Shown here: positions 10,109-19,895 of the stretch, piece after piece
Position numbering within the stretch: position 1 is the first letter of the stretch
Layout of the letters: the number at the start of each line of letters is the position of its first letter
Source of the DNA: Planctomycetota bacterium
GTDB lineage: Bacteria > Planctomycetota > UBA8108 > SXIK01
Length of the DNA: 64,000 nt
Assembly: GCA_965223265.1 (NCBI GenBank)
Contig: OZ244999.1
Span: forward strand, 3,552,001 to 3,616,000
Direction of reading: 5' to 3'
Position numbers and translations under genes: made by a program
The notes under the pieces: model-generated
Seen by the model: only the letters and a program-made list of their open reading frames with translations
Told to the model about the DNA's origin: nothing
The model's database searches: none

Positions 10109-12103
10109 TCACCGTCGAGTCGGAAAATTCCTGAGCTCGACGTCTTCAATATCACCCGCCGGCGCGAAGCCGAAAACACGCGCATAAAACGAGAGTTCGG
10201 CTTCAGTGGCACGTTTCACGGTGCTCGCTTGTCGAAATCCGTGTTGTTCCCCCTCGAACGCGATGTACGCGTAGGGGAGTCGATTCGCTTCAAGGGCCTT
10301 CACCATCACCTCGGCCTGTGATGGCGGCACAACCTTGTCCTCGAGCCCCTGGAGAAGGATGACGGGGCAAGAGAGCTGGTCAGCCGAGCGGATCGGAGAA
10401 CGCGATTCGTAGATCTCTTTGGTCTCAGGATACGGCCCAATCAAACCATCGAGATACCTCGACTCGAACTTGTGAGTGTCCGCGGCGAGCGAGGTCAAGT
10501 CGGCGACACCGAAGTAGCTGGCGCCGGCGGCGAAGACGTCGTGAAACACGAGCGCGCACAGGGTCGTGTAACCGCCGGCGCTTCCGCCCCTAATGGCCAG
10601 ACGATCGGCGTCGGCAAGACCTTGATCGACTAGATACTTCGCTGCTTGAATGCAGTCTTCGGTGTCGACGATTCCCCAGGCACCCTTCAATCGCTCGCGG
10701 TAGGCGCGACCATAGCCGGTACTGCCGCTATAGTTCACGTCCACGACCGCGAAACCGCGGCTCGTCCAATACTGCACCTTCATCGACAGCTCCAACGAGG
10801 TACTCCCAGTCGGGCCGCCGTGCGACATGACAACGAGCGGAGGTTTCTCCGTTTCCGGCGCATAGTAATCGCCATTCTGCGGCGGATAATAAATGGCATG
10901 AGCCGTGCGATTCTGTGTCGTCGGAAACTCGATGGGTCGACCGTGCGACACAAAACGCGCGTCGAGCTCAAGATCGATCGAACGGCGAATGACGTCGATC
11001 CGTTCCGTTCGCGCGGCGCCGCCCGACACACCCATCTCCACAACCGCGGCCGGCGACTCCGGCGAACTCGCGATGAAGACGACGCGATCCCCAGCCGCAC
11101 GCACCTCATAGGCGTGGTAGGCGGTGTAGGGAAGGTCGAACTCTTGCAATTGGTCTGCGTCCGGCTCGAGGAGCGCCAACCGATCGATCCCCCCCTGGGA
11201 ATAGGAGCAGACCATGCGGCCGCCGTTGAGAAGCGCGTAGCGACTCATGCCAAAGACCCACTGCGGCGCTCCGAATTCCGCTTCCATAGGGCAAAGAGGC
11301 TTTACGTTACCGTCACAGTGGCGATAGAGGTTCCACCAACCGGTACGATCGGAAACAAAGTAAAGGTCGCCGTCAGGATTCCACTCGGGTTGAAAGACTG
11401 ACTCGCCTTCACCGCCGGCAACGCGGTAGGCATCGCCGATCGCGGCGTCGTGCGAAAGATCGGCAACCCACAGCTCCGTCGCGTCCCACGGCATGTTCGG
11501 GTGATTCCACGATAGCCAGGCGAGGCGCTTGCCATCCGGACTGACACGTGGATTGGAGTAAAAGTCAGCGCCAGTGACAAGTTCGAGCGGCGAGTCCTGA
11601 GCGGCTTCACGACTCGTGCCAAGGCGGGCGACCGAGTTCGTCACCACGCCGCGTTCAGAGTGTGTTTCGAGGACGCAATAGAGCCAAGCACCCGAAGGAT
11701 CGAGACTCATGTCCGCGAACCGCAACGCGCACGGCGAATCTGGCGTTGGGGAGATGGGATAGGGAGGCTCGGCAATACCGCCATCGTTTATGTCGCAGCG
11801 GTAGAGTCGCTGATCCGAAAAATGGACAAAGAAAATGCGCTCTCCGTCGATCGCCACGGCGCCGCCCCCGTACTCGTGAACTCGAGTACGGACATTGAAC
11901 GTCGAAGGCAAAACTTCCACGACGTCGCCACTCGGGGTCTGCCGCATGAGCACGGCTCGGCCAGCTTCGCGAGGCCGGCCCTCCACCCAAAACGTCCCCG
12001 CGCTCGAAAGACGAATGTGGCTGAGGGAGACCCCTGTCGACGACAAGAGCGAGGCTGTAATAGGAGAGGCCCACGATCCGTAGGCCGCTTCGACGGGTGC
12101 CAA
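10109..12103 (-). CDS. S9 family peptidase (prolyl oligopeptidase/acylaminoacyl peptidase-like)
   Basis: YGSWASP N-terminus, HGGPT, GGSAGG nucleophile, catalytic D (EDKVVP) and H (EQHGF). Confidence 0.93.
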   Translation of the reverse strand: MAPVEAAYGSWASPITASLLSSTGVSLSHIRLSSAGTFWVEGRPREAGRAVLMRQTPSGDVVEVLPSTFNVRTRVHEYGGGAVAIDGERIFFVHFSDQRLYRCDINDGGIAEPPYPISPTPDSPCALRFADMSLDPSGAWLYCVLETHSERGVVTNSVARLGTSREAAQDSPLELVTGADFYSNPRVSPDGKRLAWLSWNHPNMPWDATELWVADLSHDAAIGDAYRVAGGEGESVFQPEWNPDGDLYFVSDRTGWWNLYRHCDGNVKPLCPMEAEFGAPQWVFGMSRYALLNGGRMVCSYSQGGIDRLALLEPDADQLQEFDLPYTAYHAYEVRAAGDRVVFIASSPESPAAVVEMGVSGGAARTERIDVIRRSIDLELDARFVSHGRPIEFPTTQNRTAHAIYYPPQNGDYYAPETEKPPLVVMSHGGPTGSTSLELSMKVQYWTSRGFAVVDVNYSGSTGYGRAYRERLKGAWGIVDTEDCIQAAKYLVDQGLADADRLAIRGGSAGGYTTLCALVFHDVFAAGASYFGVADLTSLAADTHKFESRYLDGLIGPYPETKEIYESRSPIRSADQLSCPVILLQGLEDKVVPPSQAEVMVKALEANRLPYAYIAFEGEQHGFRQASTVKRATEAELSFYARVFGFAPAGDIEDVELRNFPTRR

Positions 12104-12185
12104 GGGCGGTCGATTCCTTTCACTTCAGATTCATCGGTTAGGAGAGCGAGAGAGTAATTGAACAAACCCATGTCTCTTTCGCAAG

Positions 12186-12845
12186 ATGCTTCCGCCACTC
12201 TTCATCGCCGTCAGCGATGCGTCGTCCTCAAAGGACGCGCGCGATGAGAGATTGCGGGAGTCGAAAAGAACGCCACACGGCAGCGAGTCGAATGGACGCA
12301 CCTTCGCGAGCGAAAAACAAGTGAAAGACCATCAGCCGCAGCGGCTTTCCGATGTTCGACCCAGGAGCCTGGTTGATTCGCTATGGCGACTCGCACTCTG
12401 GTGTGCCTGGCGGGCGTTCCTTGGCTACGCGTTCTTCGCGCGTCCCCGGGTCAACGGCGCGTATGTTGCGGTATGGCTCGGGAGCGACATACTCCTGATT
12501 CGAAACTCCTACCGTGGCGGCCTTAGTTTCCCAGCCGGCAACCTCAGGAAAGGCGAGCAAGCGCGCGATGCAGCCGTCCGCGAACTCAAAGAAGAAGTCG
12601 GGATCGACGTCGCCCCGGGGGAGCTCCAGGAGATCGAACGCTTTCGGTTAAACCATAGCTTCCTGCGTGATCACGTCACAATCTTCGAGCTGCGCTGCGA
12701 CGAAACACCGGCGGTCCGGGTTGACGGCCGCGAGGTCGTAGCGGCGAGGTTCGTAGACGCCGCGGCCGCGCTCTCCGAGCAGTTGGCACCCGTTTGTCGC
12801 GAGTATTTGAATCGCCACCGAGATCGACAGGGGCACAATTGCTGA
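12186..12845 (+). CDS. NUDIX hydrolase; true start probably downstream
   Basis: Complete Nudix box GNLRKGEQARDAAVRELKEEVGI. Confidence 0.85.
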   Translation: MLPPLFIAVSDASSSKDARDERLRESKRTPHGSESNGRTFASEKQVKDHQPQRLSDVRPRSLVDSLWRLALWCAWRAFLGYAFFARPRVNGAYVAVWLGSDILLIRNSYRGGLSFPAGNLRKGEQARDAAVRELKEEVGIDVAPGELQEIERFRLNHSFLRDHVTIFELRCDETPAVRVDGREVVAARFVDAAAALSEQLAPVCREYLNRHRDRQGHNC

Positions 12846-13021
12846 ACAGCGTCGCCACCTGCGGCCGGGGAGTCGCCCGAGTCGTGTCTTCGTTGACTAC
12901 GACTCGGCAGGGGTTCGATGTATAGTGGACCGTGATCACTTGTGCAGCACCGGGCGCCTCGTCCCTTCGGCGAGCTCATACGGCCGTGCTTCAACCACTA
13001 CGACCGCTGCGAGAACCAGCC

Positions 13022-14362
13022 ATGATGTTTCGAATTCTGCTACTCACTGTTGGCTGTAGCGTTTCTGCCCAGACGCTCGGCGATGACTGGCCACAATGGC
13101 GCGGCTCGCACCGCGACGGCGTCTGGCGCGAAAGCGGCATCGTGAAAACGCTGCCGAAAGAGCTCAAGTACAAATGGCGCACACCGATCGGCGCTGGATT
13201 CACAGGACCAGCGGTGTGGCGTCGGCGGGTTTTTGTCACCGACTTCGTCCGTCAGGGTGCTGAGCCCGGTGACGATGTCACCAACAACCGCGGCAAGGAT
13301 GGACAGGAGCGAGTCATTTGTCTCGACGCCCAGTCAGGGAGTGTGGAGTGGACCTATGACTATCCTTGCCGCTACGAAGTCGACTACGCAAGCGGACCTC
13401 GAGCGACACCCACAGTGCACGAAGGAAACGTTTATTCGGTCGGCGCCATGGGTGATTTCGTCTGCCTCGACGTACTCAGCGGGGAAAAACGTTGGGGATT
13501 CAACTTCGTCAAGGACTACGGCACCAAAATCAACGCCTGGGGGATGGCGGCGGCGCCTTTGATCGACGGCGACCAGGTTGTGCTTCTCGTTGGCGGCGCG
13601 AAGGATGCGCTTGTCGTCGCACGTCACAAACTGACCGGCGAAGAACTGTGGAAATCGGCCTACGAAGAGGATCCCGGCTACGCACCTCCTGTCATTGTCG
13701 AGGCGGGTGGGACGCGCCAACTCATCGTTTGGACGCCGCTAGCGATTCGTTCTCTTGACCCCTCATGCGGCAGAGTCCTTTGGAAGCATGAATTCAAGTC
13801 GAATGCGAGCCTGTCGCTCATGACACCGATTCATGTACGCGACAAGCGGCAACTGTTCGTCTCGTCGTTCTACAACGGTCCGCTCATGCTGTCGCTCAAT
13901 GCGGATCGCCCCGCCGCAGAGGTCCAGTGGCGCGGTACCAGCGACAGCGAGATCAAGACGGACAAGCTGCATTCGCTCATGTGCACCCCGGTCATCCGCG
14001 ATGGCCACATCTACGGCGTCTGCAGCTACGGTCAACTGCGATGCATCGACGCCGCGACCGGCGAACGTCGATGGGAGACGCTGGAGGCGACAGGGAGCGG
14101 GCGCTGGTGGAACGCGTTTCTCATTCCGCACGAAGACCGCTTCTTTATCTGCAACGAGCAGGGCGAGCTGATCATCGCGCGCCTCACTCCGCAAGGTTAC
14201 GAGGAGCTCAGTCGAGCGTTTCTCATCAAGCCGACCCAGACCATCAAGCGTCGGAAGATTGTCTGGTCACACCCAGCTTTCGCCAATCGCTGCGTCTTCG
14301 CCCGCAACGATCAAGAGATCGTCTGTGTCGACCTGACCGACCTGAGTCGCGCATCACGATAG
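13022..14362 (+). CDS. PQQ-like (BamB-type) beta-propeller protein, secreted
   Basis: Signal peptide, then DWPQWRG..RDG, GPRATP and WSHPAFANR, typical of the planctomycete-expanded family. Confidence 0.88.
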   Translation: MMFRILLLTVGCSVSAQTLGDDWPQWRGSHRDGVWRESGIVKTLPKELKYKWRTPIGAGFTGPAVWRRRVFVTDFVRQGAEPGDDVTNNRGKDGQERVICLDAQSGSVEWTYDYPCRYEVDYASGPRATPTVHEGNVYSVGAMGDFVCLDVLSGEKRWGFNFVKDYGTKINAWGMAAAPLIDGDQVVLLVGGAKDALVVARHKLTGEELWKSAYEEDPGYAPPVIVEAGGTRQLIVWTPLAIRSLDPSCGRVLWKHEFKSNASLSLMTPIHVRDKRQLFVSSFYNGPLMLSLNADRPAAEVQWRGTSDSEIKTDKLHSLMCTPVIRDGHIYGVCSYGQLRCIDAATGERRWETLEATGSGRWWNAFLIPHEDRFFICNEQGELIIARLTPQGYEELSRAFLIKPTQTIKRRKIVWSHPAFANRCVFARNDQEIVCVDLTDLSRASR

Positions 14363-14406
14363 AGAAGAACAACTCAAAAGTTGGGACGCACAACTGGAGC
14401 TGGCGG

Positions 14407-14811
14407 ATGCACGAGCTGCACCACTGCGGAGTGAAATTCACAGTCACTTACCGTCGCCACGGCGGCGACGAGGGTCCTTCGATCCGTGTCCTGGCTGATG
14501 TTCCTGGCCAAAGTCATGGCGGCCTAACTCAGCTGCTCAGGTTCGACTGCTTCATCAAAGATCCACACTACCACTACGACCCCGACGGCTCGAACATCAT
14601 GTTCCATCTCGACCCGCTGACGATGGGAGATGCCCTGAAGTTCAGCCTCGAGAGTATCCAGCAGCATCTCGGAGCAATGATTGCCAAGGCCGGCTTTGAA
14701 ACGGTCGACGTCAAGGGTTCTGAAGACGACGCTGTCGAGCTGGTCGCCGCGCTACGTGAAGCTGTCGCCAGCGAACAGGCAGACGCGTCGCGGCCCGGCA
14801 CAAGCCAGTGA
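14407..14811 (+). CDS. Hypothetical protein with RFDCF...PHYHY motif
   Basis: ATG 14407 with GGAG upstream. This is the C-terminal part of track ORF 13927..14811 and fills the gap between flanking genes. Confidence 0.65.
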   Translation: MHELHHCGVKFTVTYRRHGGDEGPSIRVLADVPGQSHGGLTQLLRFDCFIKDPHYHYDPDGSNIMFHLDPLTMGDALKFSLESIQQHLGAMIAKAGFETVDVKGSEDDAVELVAALREAVASEQADASRPGTSQ

Positions 14812-14881
14812 AGATATGACTCGTAGAGAGCGGAGCCGGATCCGAGCTTCAGCCGAGCCCGTCGACTGAGGACTTAGATCG

Positions 14882-16390
14882 GTGCCGAAAGACCAGCTGA
14901 CCGTCACCTTCAACGAACCGGCACTAAGCGATGGCCGGACCGACCAGGAGCTTCACGAGTTCTTTCGTCGTCGCCTTGGGAAGTTCAGCTTTTTTCTCGG
15001 CGCCGCGCTGCTCGTCTTCATGATCCTTGTGACCGTGGTTGCCCTGGTGACCGGCGATCTTCAGGTCCCAATGATCGCCATTGCACTCACGATCCCGGCG
15101 ATCTACGGCACGGTGTGGTTGGCGGCGGGTCAGCCTCTCCCAATCGCGATCCTGAAGATCCTCGACGGCGGCAGTGCCGTATTCGCCACGGCGGCGCTGT
15201 TGTTGATCGCCTACACCAAAGGGGATTTTCAGATCGCCTTTGCTCCCACTTGCAATTTGCTCACTCTAAGGGCTGTCTTCGTGCCGAGTCGCGCCCGCGA
15301 GACGCTACTGGTGGACGTTTTGGCGTTCGCGCCAGTCATCGTCATGGCGATTCTGCTGCGCCGCCAGTTCCTTGCTGGCGCCGACGTTTCTGTTCCACCG
15401 AGTTACGTTGTTTTTGCAGCGAGCACTGCGCTCTGGCTCGCGATTCCAGTAGTCGTCTCACGCGTGATCTACGGACTGCGTCAAGAAATCCGTGATGCTA
15501 AGAAACTTGGACAATACACACTGCTTGAAAAAATCGGCGCGGGAGGAATGGGGGAGGTCTACAAAGCGCGTCACGCTCTCCTGTCGCGATTGACGGCGGT
15601 GAAACTGATCCATCCAGACCGAGCCGATGAGCAACACAGGGTGCGCTTCGAGCGAGAGGTCGAAGCCACGAGCAAGCTCACACATCCCAACACCGTGTCC
15701 ATTTACGACTACGGGCACACTTCCGAGCAGGTTTTCTACTACGTGATGGAATTTCTGCCGGGAATCTCGCTGGCGGAACTAGTGCAAGACGATGGTCCCC
15801 AGCCGCCGGCGCGGGTCATTCATCTCCTTAGGCAAGTGTGCGGCTCGCTGCATGAGGCACACGCCGTCGGCATCATTCATCGCGACATCAAACCCGAGAA
15901 TCTGATCCTTTGCGAGCGTGGCAGGGTGTATGACGTCGTCAAGGTGGTCGATTTCGGTATCGCCAAAGACCTGAGCGCGAAGGCCGTATCGGTGACGCAG
16001 GAAAATGCCGTCGTCGGCACCCCGCACTATCTGTCGCCGGAGGCGTTCACGTCGAACAATGAAGTGGGAACGGCGAGCGACATCTATTCGGTCGGTGTTG
16101 TTGGCTACTATCTGCTCACAGCGAAGCGTCCATTTACGGGTAAAAACGTCATCGAGATTGCAATGAGCCAGATGAATTCGTCACCAGTTCGCCTGACGGA
16201 GGCCAGAGGTGAGCCGGTTGCGGATGACCTTGAAACGGCCGTCTTCTCGTGTCTCGCTAGGGACGCGACTGCACGCCCCACGGCTCGCGAGCTTGACATC
16301 GCGCTGCAGAAATGTGGCGCCGCGGGGGATTGGTCGCAGGCGGACGCGGAGTCGTGGTGGAGCCGCCGCAGTCGAGCGAGCCAGAGCTGA
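14882..16390 (+). CDS. Membrane-bound Hanks-type Ser/Thr protein kinase
   Basis: N-terminal multi-TM region; GAGGMGEVY, AVK, HRDIKPEN, DFG and GTPHYLSPE. Confidence 0.93.
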   Translation: MPKDQLTVTFNEPALSDGRTDQELHEFFRRRLGKFSFFLGAALLVFMILVTVVALVTGDLQVPMIAIALTIPAIYGTVWLAAGQPLPIAILKILDGGSAVFATAALLLIAYTKGDFQIAFAPTCNLLTLRAVFVPSRARETLLVDVLAFAPVIVMAILLRRQFLAGADVSVPPSYVVFAASTALWLAIPVVVSRVIYGLRQEIRDAKKLGQYTLLEKIGAGGMGEVYKARHALLSRLTAVKLIHPDRADEQHRVRFEREVEATSKLTHPNTVSIYDYGHTSEQVFYYVMEFLPGISLAELVQDDGPQPPARVIHLLRQVCGSLHEAHAVGIIHRDIKPENLILCERGRVYDVVKVVDFGIAKDLSAKAVSVTQENAVVGTPHYLSPEAFTSNNEVGTASDIYSVGVVGYYLLTAKRPFTGKNVIEIAMSQMNSSPVRLTEARGEPVADDLETAVFSCLARDATARPTARELDIALQKCGAAGDWSQADAESWWSRRSRASQS

Positions 16391-16421
16391 TCCGAATGCG
16401 GGTCAAACCGGCTGTTCCCGG

Positions 16422-17204
16422 TTACAAGCCAGGCCGACGCAAAAGCGTCTCCGCTTGCTGCCGCCACGCTACAGCAGCTGACTCCTCGCCCGGTGGTGGG
16501 GGCAATCGCATGACCTCACGCAAATGCTCCCGCGCTGCTTCGATTTGATCGTCCTCGATCAATGCCTGGGCGAGCAACAAGTGATTGCGCGGGTAGTTCG
16601 GAGCCAGGTCGCACGCGCGACGTAGATGGCGCAGCGCATCGTCGAGCGTGCCAATGTGAACGCCGGGTTGACCCTCTGTGCTTTCGTACAGCATGCCCAG
16701 AAACCGGTGCGGCGCCGCATAGTCAAAGCTCTCGTCAAGCTCGATGCAGCGTTTCAAAAGTAGGTGCATCTCGTCGACATGCCCTGGCGAAGAGTAAAGT
16801 TGGCTCAGAATGCCAAGATTGAGTGCCAGAAAATAGGCTCCCTCCACACCATCGGGATTCTCACGCACCGCTTCACGTCCAGTCGCCACACCTTTCTGCG
16901 CATACGCCGTCCGGTGATCCTCGTGGGCGTATTGCGCCAACCACGCGCAGCTGCGACTGGCGCGCCAGAGCACATCGTCAACTGTGCTCGGCCCAAGCGA
17001 CCCGAGACAAATCGTCAGCGATTGCGACACGCGCGTCACGGTTCGCGGTGGCCCGTAGTGCGAGTCGATCATGACGATCCGCTGCGCAGCTTCGTCGTCG
17101 GTCAGGCGAACGGCGTTGTACCGAAACGGACGCACCTCAGGGGTACGGCAACCAACGAGGAGCACCTGCGCGCTGAGGAGAGCAGCAATGACAACTCGAC
17201 ACAT
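16422..17204 (-). CDS. TPR-repeat lipoprotein
   Basis: Signal with LVGC lipobox; helical TPR-like repeats (ALRHLRRACDLAPNYPRNHLLLAQAL). Confidence 0.7.
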   Translation of the reverse strand: MCRVVIAALLSAQVLLVGCRTPEVRPFRYNAVRLTDDEAAQRIVMIDSHYGPPRTVTRVSQSLTICLGSLGPSTVDDVLWRASRSCAWLAQYAHEDHRTAYAQKGVATGREAVRENPDGVEGAYFLALNLGILSQLYSSPGHVDEMHLLLKRCIELDESFDYAAPHRFLGMLYESTEGQPGVHIGTLDDALRHLRRACDLAPNYPRNHLLLAQALIEDDQIEAAREHLREVMRLPPPPGEESAAVAWRQQAETLLRRPGL

Positions 17205-17503
17205 ACATCTACCGTAGAACGAGGCACCAAGAAAGGCAAGCCGTGCTTGCGCGAGCTTCAACGCTCTTCAACGCTCGGTGCACGGCTCCGCTAAGATGAC
17301 CGCGCAACCAGCGCGGCTAGCCTCGAGTTCAAGGAAGCCGCTTCGCGGCAGGCCCGGTTCGTTCAGGCGTTCTGGGTGACGATCGCCGGCCGCCTCGGGC
17401 CACCGGTGTGCTCGCTCTGCGGCCCGTTCGATGAGGCGTAAAGGCGTCGAGGCGTCGATGATGCTCTTTCTGCAGAAAGCAACCTCTCAGAAAGGAGCAC
17501 GCT

Positions 17504-18412
17504 ATGACGCCTCTTCGCCAAAAGTTTCTCCAGGATCTGGAACTTGCCGGTCTCGCCGACGGTACCTGCAGGGTCTACGTTTGGGCCGTCGGGCAGCTGG
17601 CGAAACACTATCACAAGTCTCCCGATACGCTCTCGGAAACTCAAGTCCGCGACTATCTTTTCCACCTCAGGCACGAGCGTCAGTTCGCTATCGGGTCCTT
17701 GAAAATCGCCTACAGCGCTTTGAGATTTTTCTTCAGACGCACGGTGCCGCGCGACTGGAAGACGCTGGAGGATTTGCGAACGCCGAAGGAATCCAAGCTG
17801 CCAGACGTCCTCAGCGTCGAAGAGGTTCACGAGATCATCGCGGCGACCTGCAGCCAGCAGTGGCGCACCTGCTTCTGGATGATCTACTCCCTTGGCCTGA
17901 GGATCTCTGAGGGCATCTCGCTCGAAGTGGGAGATGTCGACGCGGCACGCTCTTTCGTGCACGTTCGTGGCGGCAAGGGTGCCGCTGACCGCTATGTGCC
18001 GCTTCCCCCCGATACTCTCGAAGCGCTGCGCCGCTACTGGAAGACGCATCGCAACCCGCGACTTCTTTTCCCCGCCCGCGGCCGCGGGGACAAGCAGGGA
18101 CGATCGGCCACGCAGCCCGTGTCGAGGAAGACAGCTCAGGCAGCGTTGCGTCGCGTCGCCACGCAGCTTGGCATCAAGAAACGCGTTTCGCCCCACACTC
18201 TGCGCCACAGCTATGCGACACACTTACTCGAGGCTGGTGTCAACCTCCGTGTTATCCAGAAGTACCTCGGCCACAGGTCGCTCAAGGCTACGTCGATCTA
18301 CCTGCACCTTACACGTGATGGCGAAGAGCAGGCCCACGCGACGATCAACGCGCTCATGGTACGCCCTCGCTCAGAGGAGGGCAAAGCGGCGAGGACGAAC
18401 GCCGGCCAATAG
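17504..18412 (+). CDS. Tyrosine recombinase/integrase (IS91-associated type)
   Basis: AAGGAG RBS; catalytic R (GLRISE), K (GGKG), HTLRHSYATH, LGH and Y (TSIY) are all intact. Confidence 0.95.
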   Translation: MTPLRQKFLQDLELAGLADGTCRVYVWAVGQLAKHYHKSPDTLSETQVRDYLFHLRHERQFAIGSLKIAYSALRFFFRRTVPRDWKTLEDLRTPKESKLPDVLSVEEVHEIIAATCSQQWRTCFWMIYSLGLRISEGISLEVGDVDAARSFVHVRGGKGAADRYVPLPPDTLEALRRYWKTHRNPRLLFPARGRGDKQGRSATQPVSRKTAQAALRRVATQLGIKKRVSPHTLRHSYATHLLEAGVNLRVIQKYLGHRSLKATSIYLHLTRDGEEQAHATINALMVRPRSEEGKAARTNAGQ

Positions 18413-18418
18413 CGCACC

Positions 18419-19550
18419 GTGGCGTCGCTTGCGGAGATTTTCACGCGCTATGGCGAGGAGTATCTGGAGTGTCACGGTTCCAGCGTGCCTCTGCAGCACC
18501 GTCGTGTCCTGGCGCTGCTGAGCGCCTGTGGCACTGGCGATCTGGGTTACGTGCGCTGGCGCTGCGAGAGCTGCGCTCGCTCTCACCGGACGCCCCGCTC
18601 GTGCGGCAACCGCCATTGTCCGGGCTGTCAGTCCTCCAAGAACGTGCGCTGGCTCGCCGAGCAATTACAGCATCGACTCGAGGTGCCCTACTTTCTCCTT
18701 ACATTCACTCTGCCCGCAACGCTACGACCCTTCGTGCGCTCGCAGCAGCGTGCCTGCTACCGGGCGCTCTTTCGCGCCGCCGCTGAATCGCTTCAGAAGC
18801 TCGCACGCGATCCACGCTTTCTCGGTGCGGCGCGCCTTTGGCTTCACCGCGGTTCTGCACACTTGGGGACGGGCGTTGGCATATCACCCGCACCTGCACG
18901 TGTTGGTGCCGGCCGGCGGCTTGAGCGACGATGGTGCGAGCTGGATCACCTCGCGCCCCGACTTTCTCGTGCCGGTCAAGGCGCTGTCGAAGATCTTTCG
19001 CGCCAAATTCCGCCACGAGCTGCAGCGGGCTGGTCTTCTCAAGGACATTGCGCCTGCGGTGTGGACAGAGAACTTCGTCACCGACTCGCGCGCCGTCGGT
19101 GACGGCGAGTCGACACTCACGTATCTATCACGCTACGTCTTTCGCGTAGCGATCTCCAATGCCCGCATCGTCTCCTGCGACGATGGTCGCGTTCGCTTTC
19201 GCTGGAAGAAGTCGGGCAGTCGGCGGTGGCGGACCATGGAGCTCGATGCTCTGGAGTTCATCCGCCGCTTCCTCCAGCACGTCCTACCTCGGGGGCTACA
19301 GAAGGTGCGTCACTACGGATTCCTCAGTCCGCAAAGCGCCGTCTCCCTCCACGAGGTGCGAGTCTTTGTCGCTAGAGTGAACCCTCCCGCCGACGGCGCA
19401 CAGATTCATTCCGATGCGAACGGAGCCAGGGCGGCGCCGTCGACGACGACGGACAGTCCCACCGAACACCCCTTCTGCTCGTGCTGCGGGGGCCGGCTAC
19501 ATGTCATTGCGATCGTCTTTCATCGCGTCGGTTTCCGCGACTCCCGGTAG
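18419..19550 (+). pseudogene. IS91-family Y2/HUH transposase split by a +1 frameshift at 18837-18839
   Basis: The first frame has the Zn-binding domain (CESC...SCGNRHCPGCQ). The second frame has LHTWG..L.YHPHLH (HUH), YLSRY (Y2), RRFLQHVLP.G..KVRHYG and CSCCGG. Removing one T of CTTTGG fuses them. Confidence 0.88.
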
Positions 19551-19895
19551 AAAGACACCGTGAACACTCTCCCACCGAACGACCCATTGCGCCCGAAAAC
19601 CCGCCATGCCAACGGCGGGGCGCCCCCGGTCTGCTCCCACAGTGAACAGCGCGACTGCCAACGCGAGATTCGGTGCGCTCAGCACGTCGCAGACACCGTT
19701 CACGCGGTTGATTCCGCTCCTGGGGCTCCCTCGCGTGAGCCTTATCGCCGCTGCCTCTCCCTCTGACCTCCCCGTCAAATCGAAGCGTTTCCCATCACGT
19801 CCGACGGTCGCTCCTGCGGCCAACGAGGAGCCGCGAGGCTCCTTGAACTCAGGATTTGGACTCGGCTTCGCTCGCCCAAATCCTCATCCAGTTCC

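Larger units (their letters stand above)
17293..19890 (+). mobile_element. IS91-family element with upstream tyrosine recombinase
   Basis: Integrase plus Y2 transposase pair. Inverted 11-mer GAGTTCAAGGA (17325-17335) / TCCTTGAACTC (19840-19850), each flanked by hairpins. Boundaries are approximate. Confidence 0.85.

Noticed and set aside
17256-17275. Tandem CTTCAACGCT x2 as a target-site duplication
   Set aside because: Both copies are on the same side of the element, and IS91-type elements do not make TSDs.
17504-18412. Integron integrase or prophage integrase
   Set aside because: It lacks the IntI-specific insertion, there is no cassette array or phage gene, and it is tightly coupled to the IS91 transposase.
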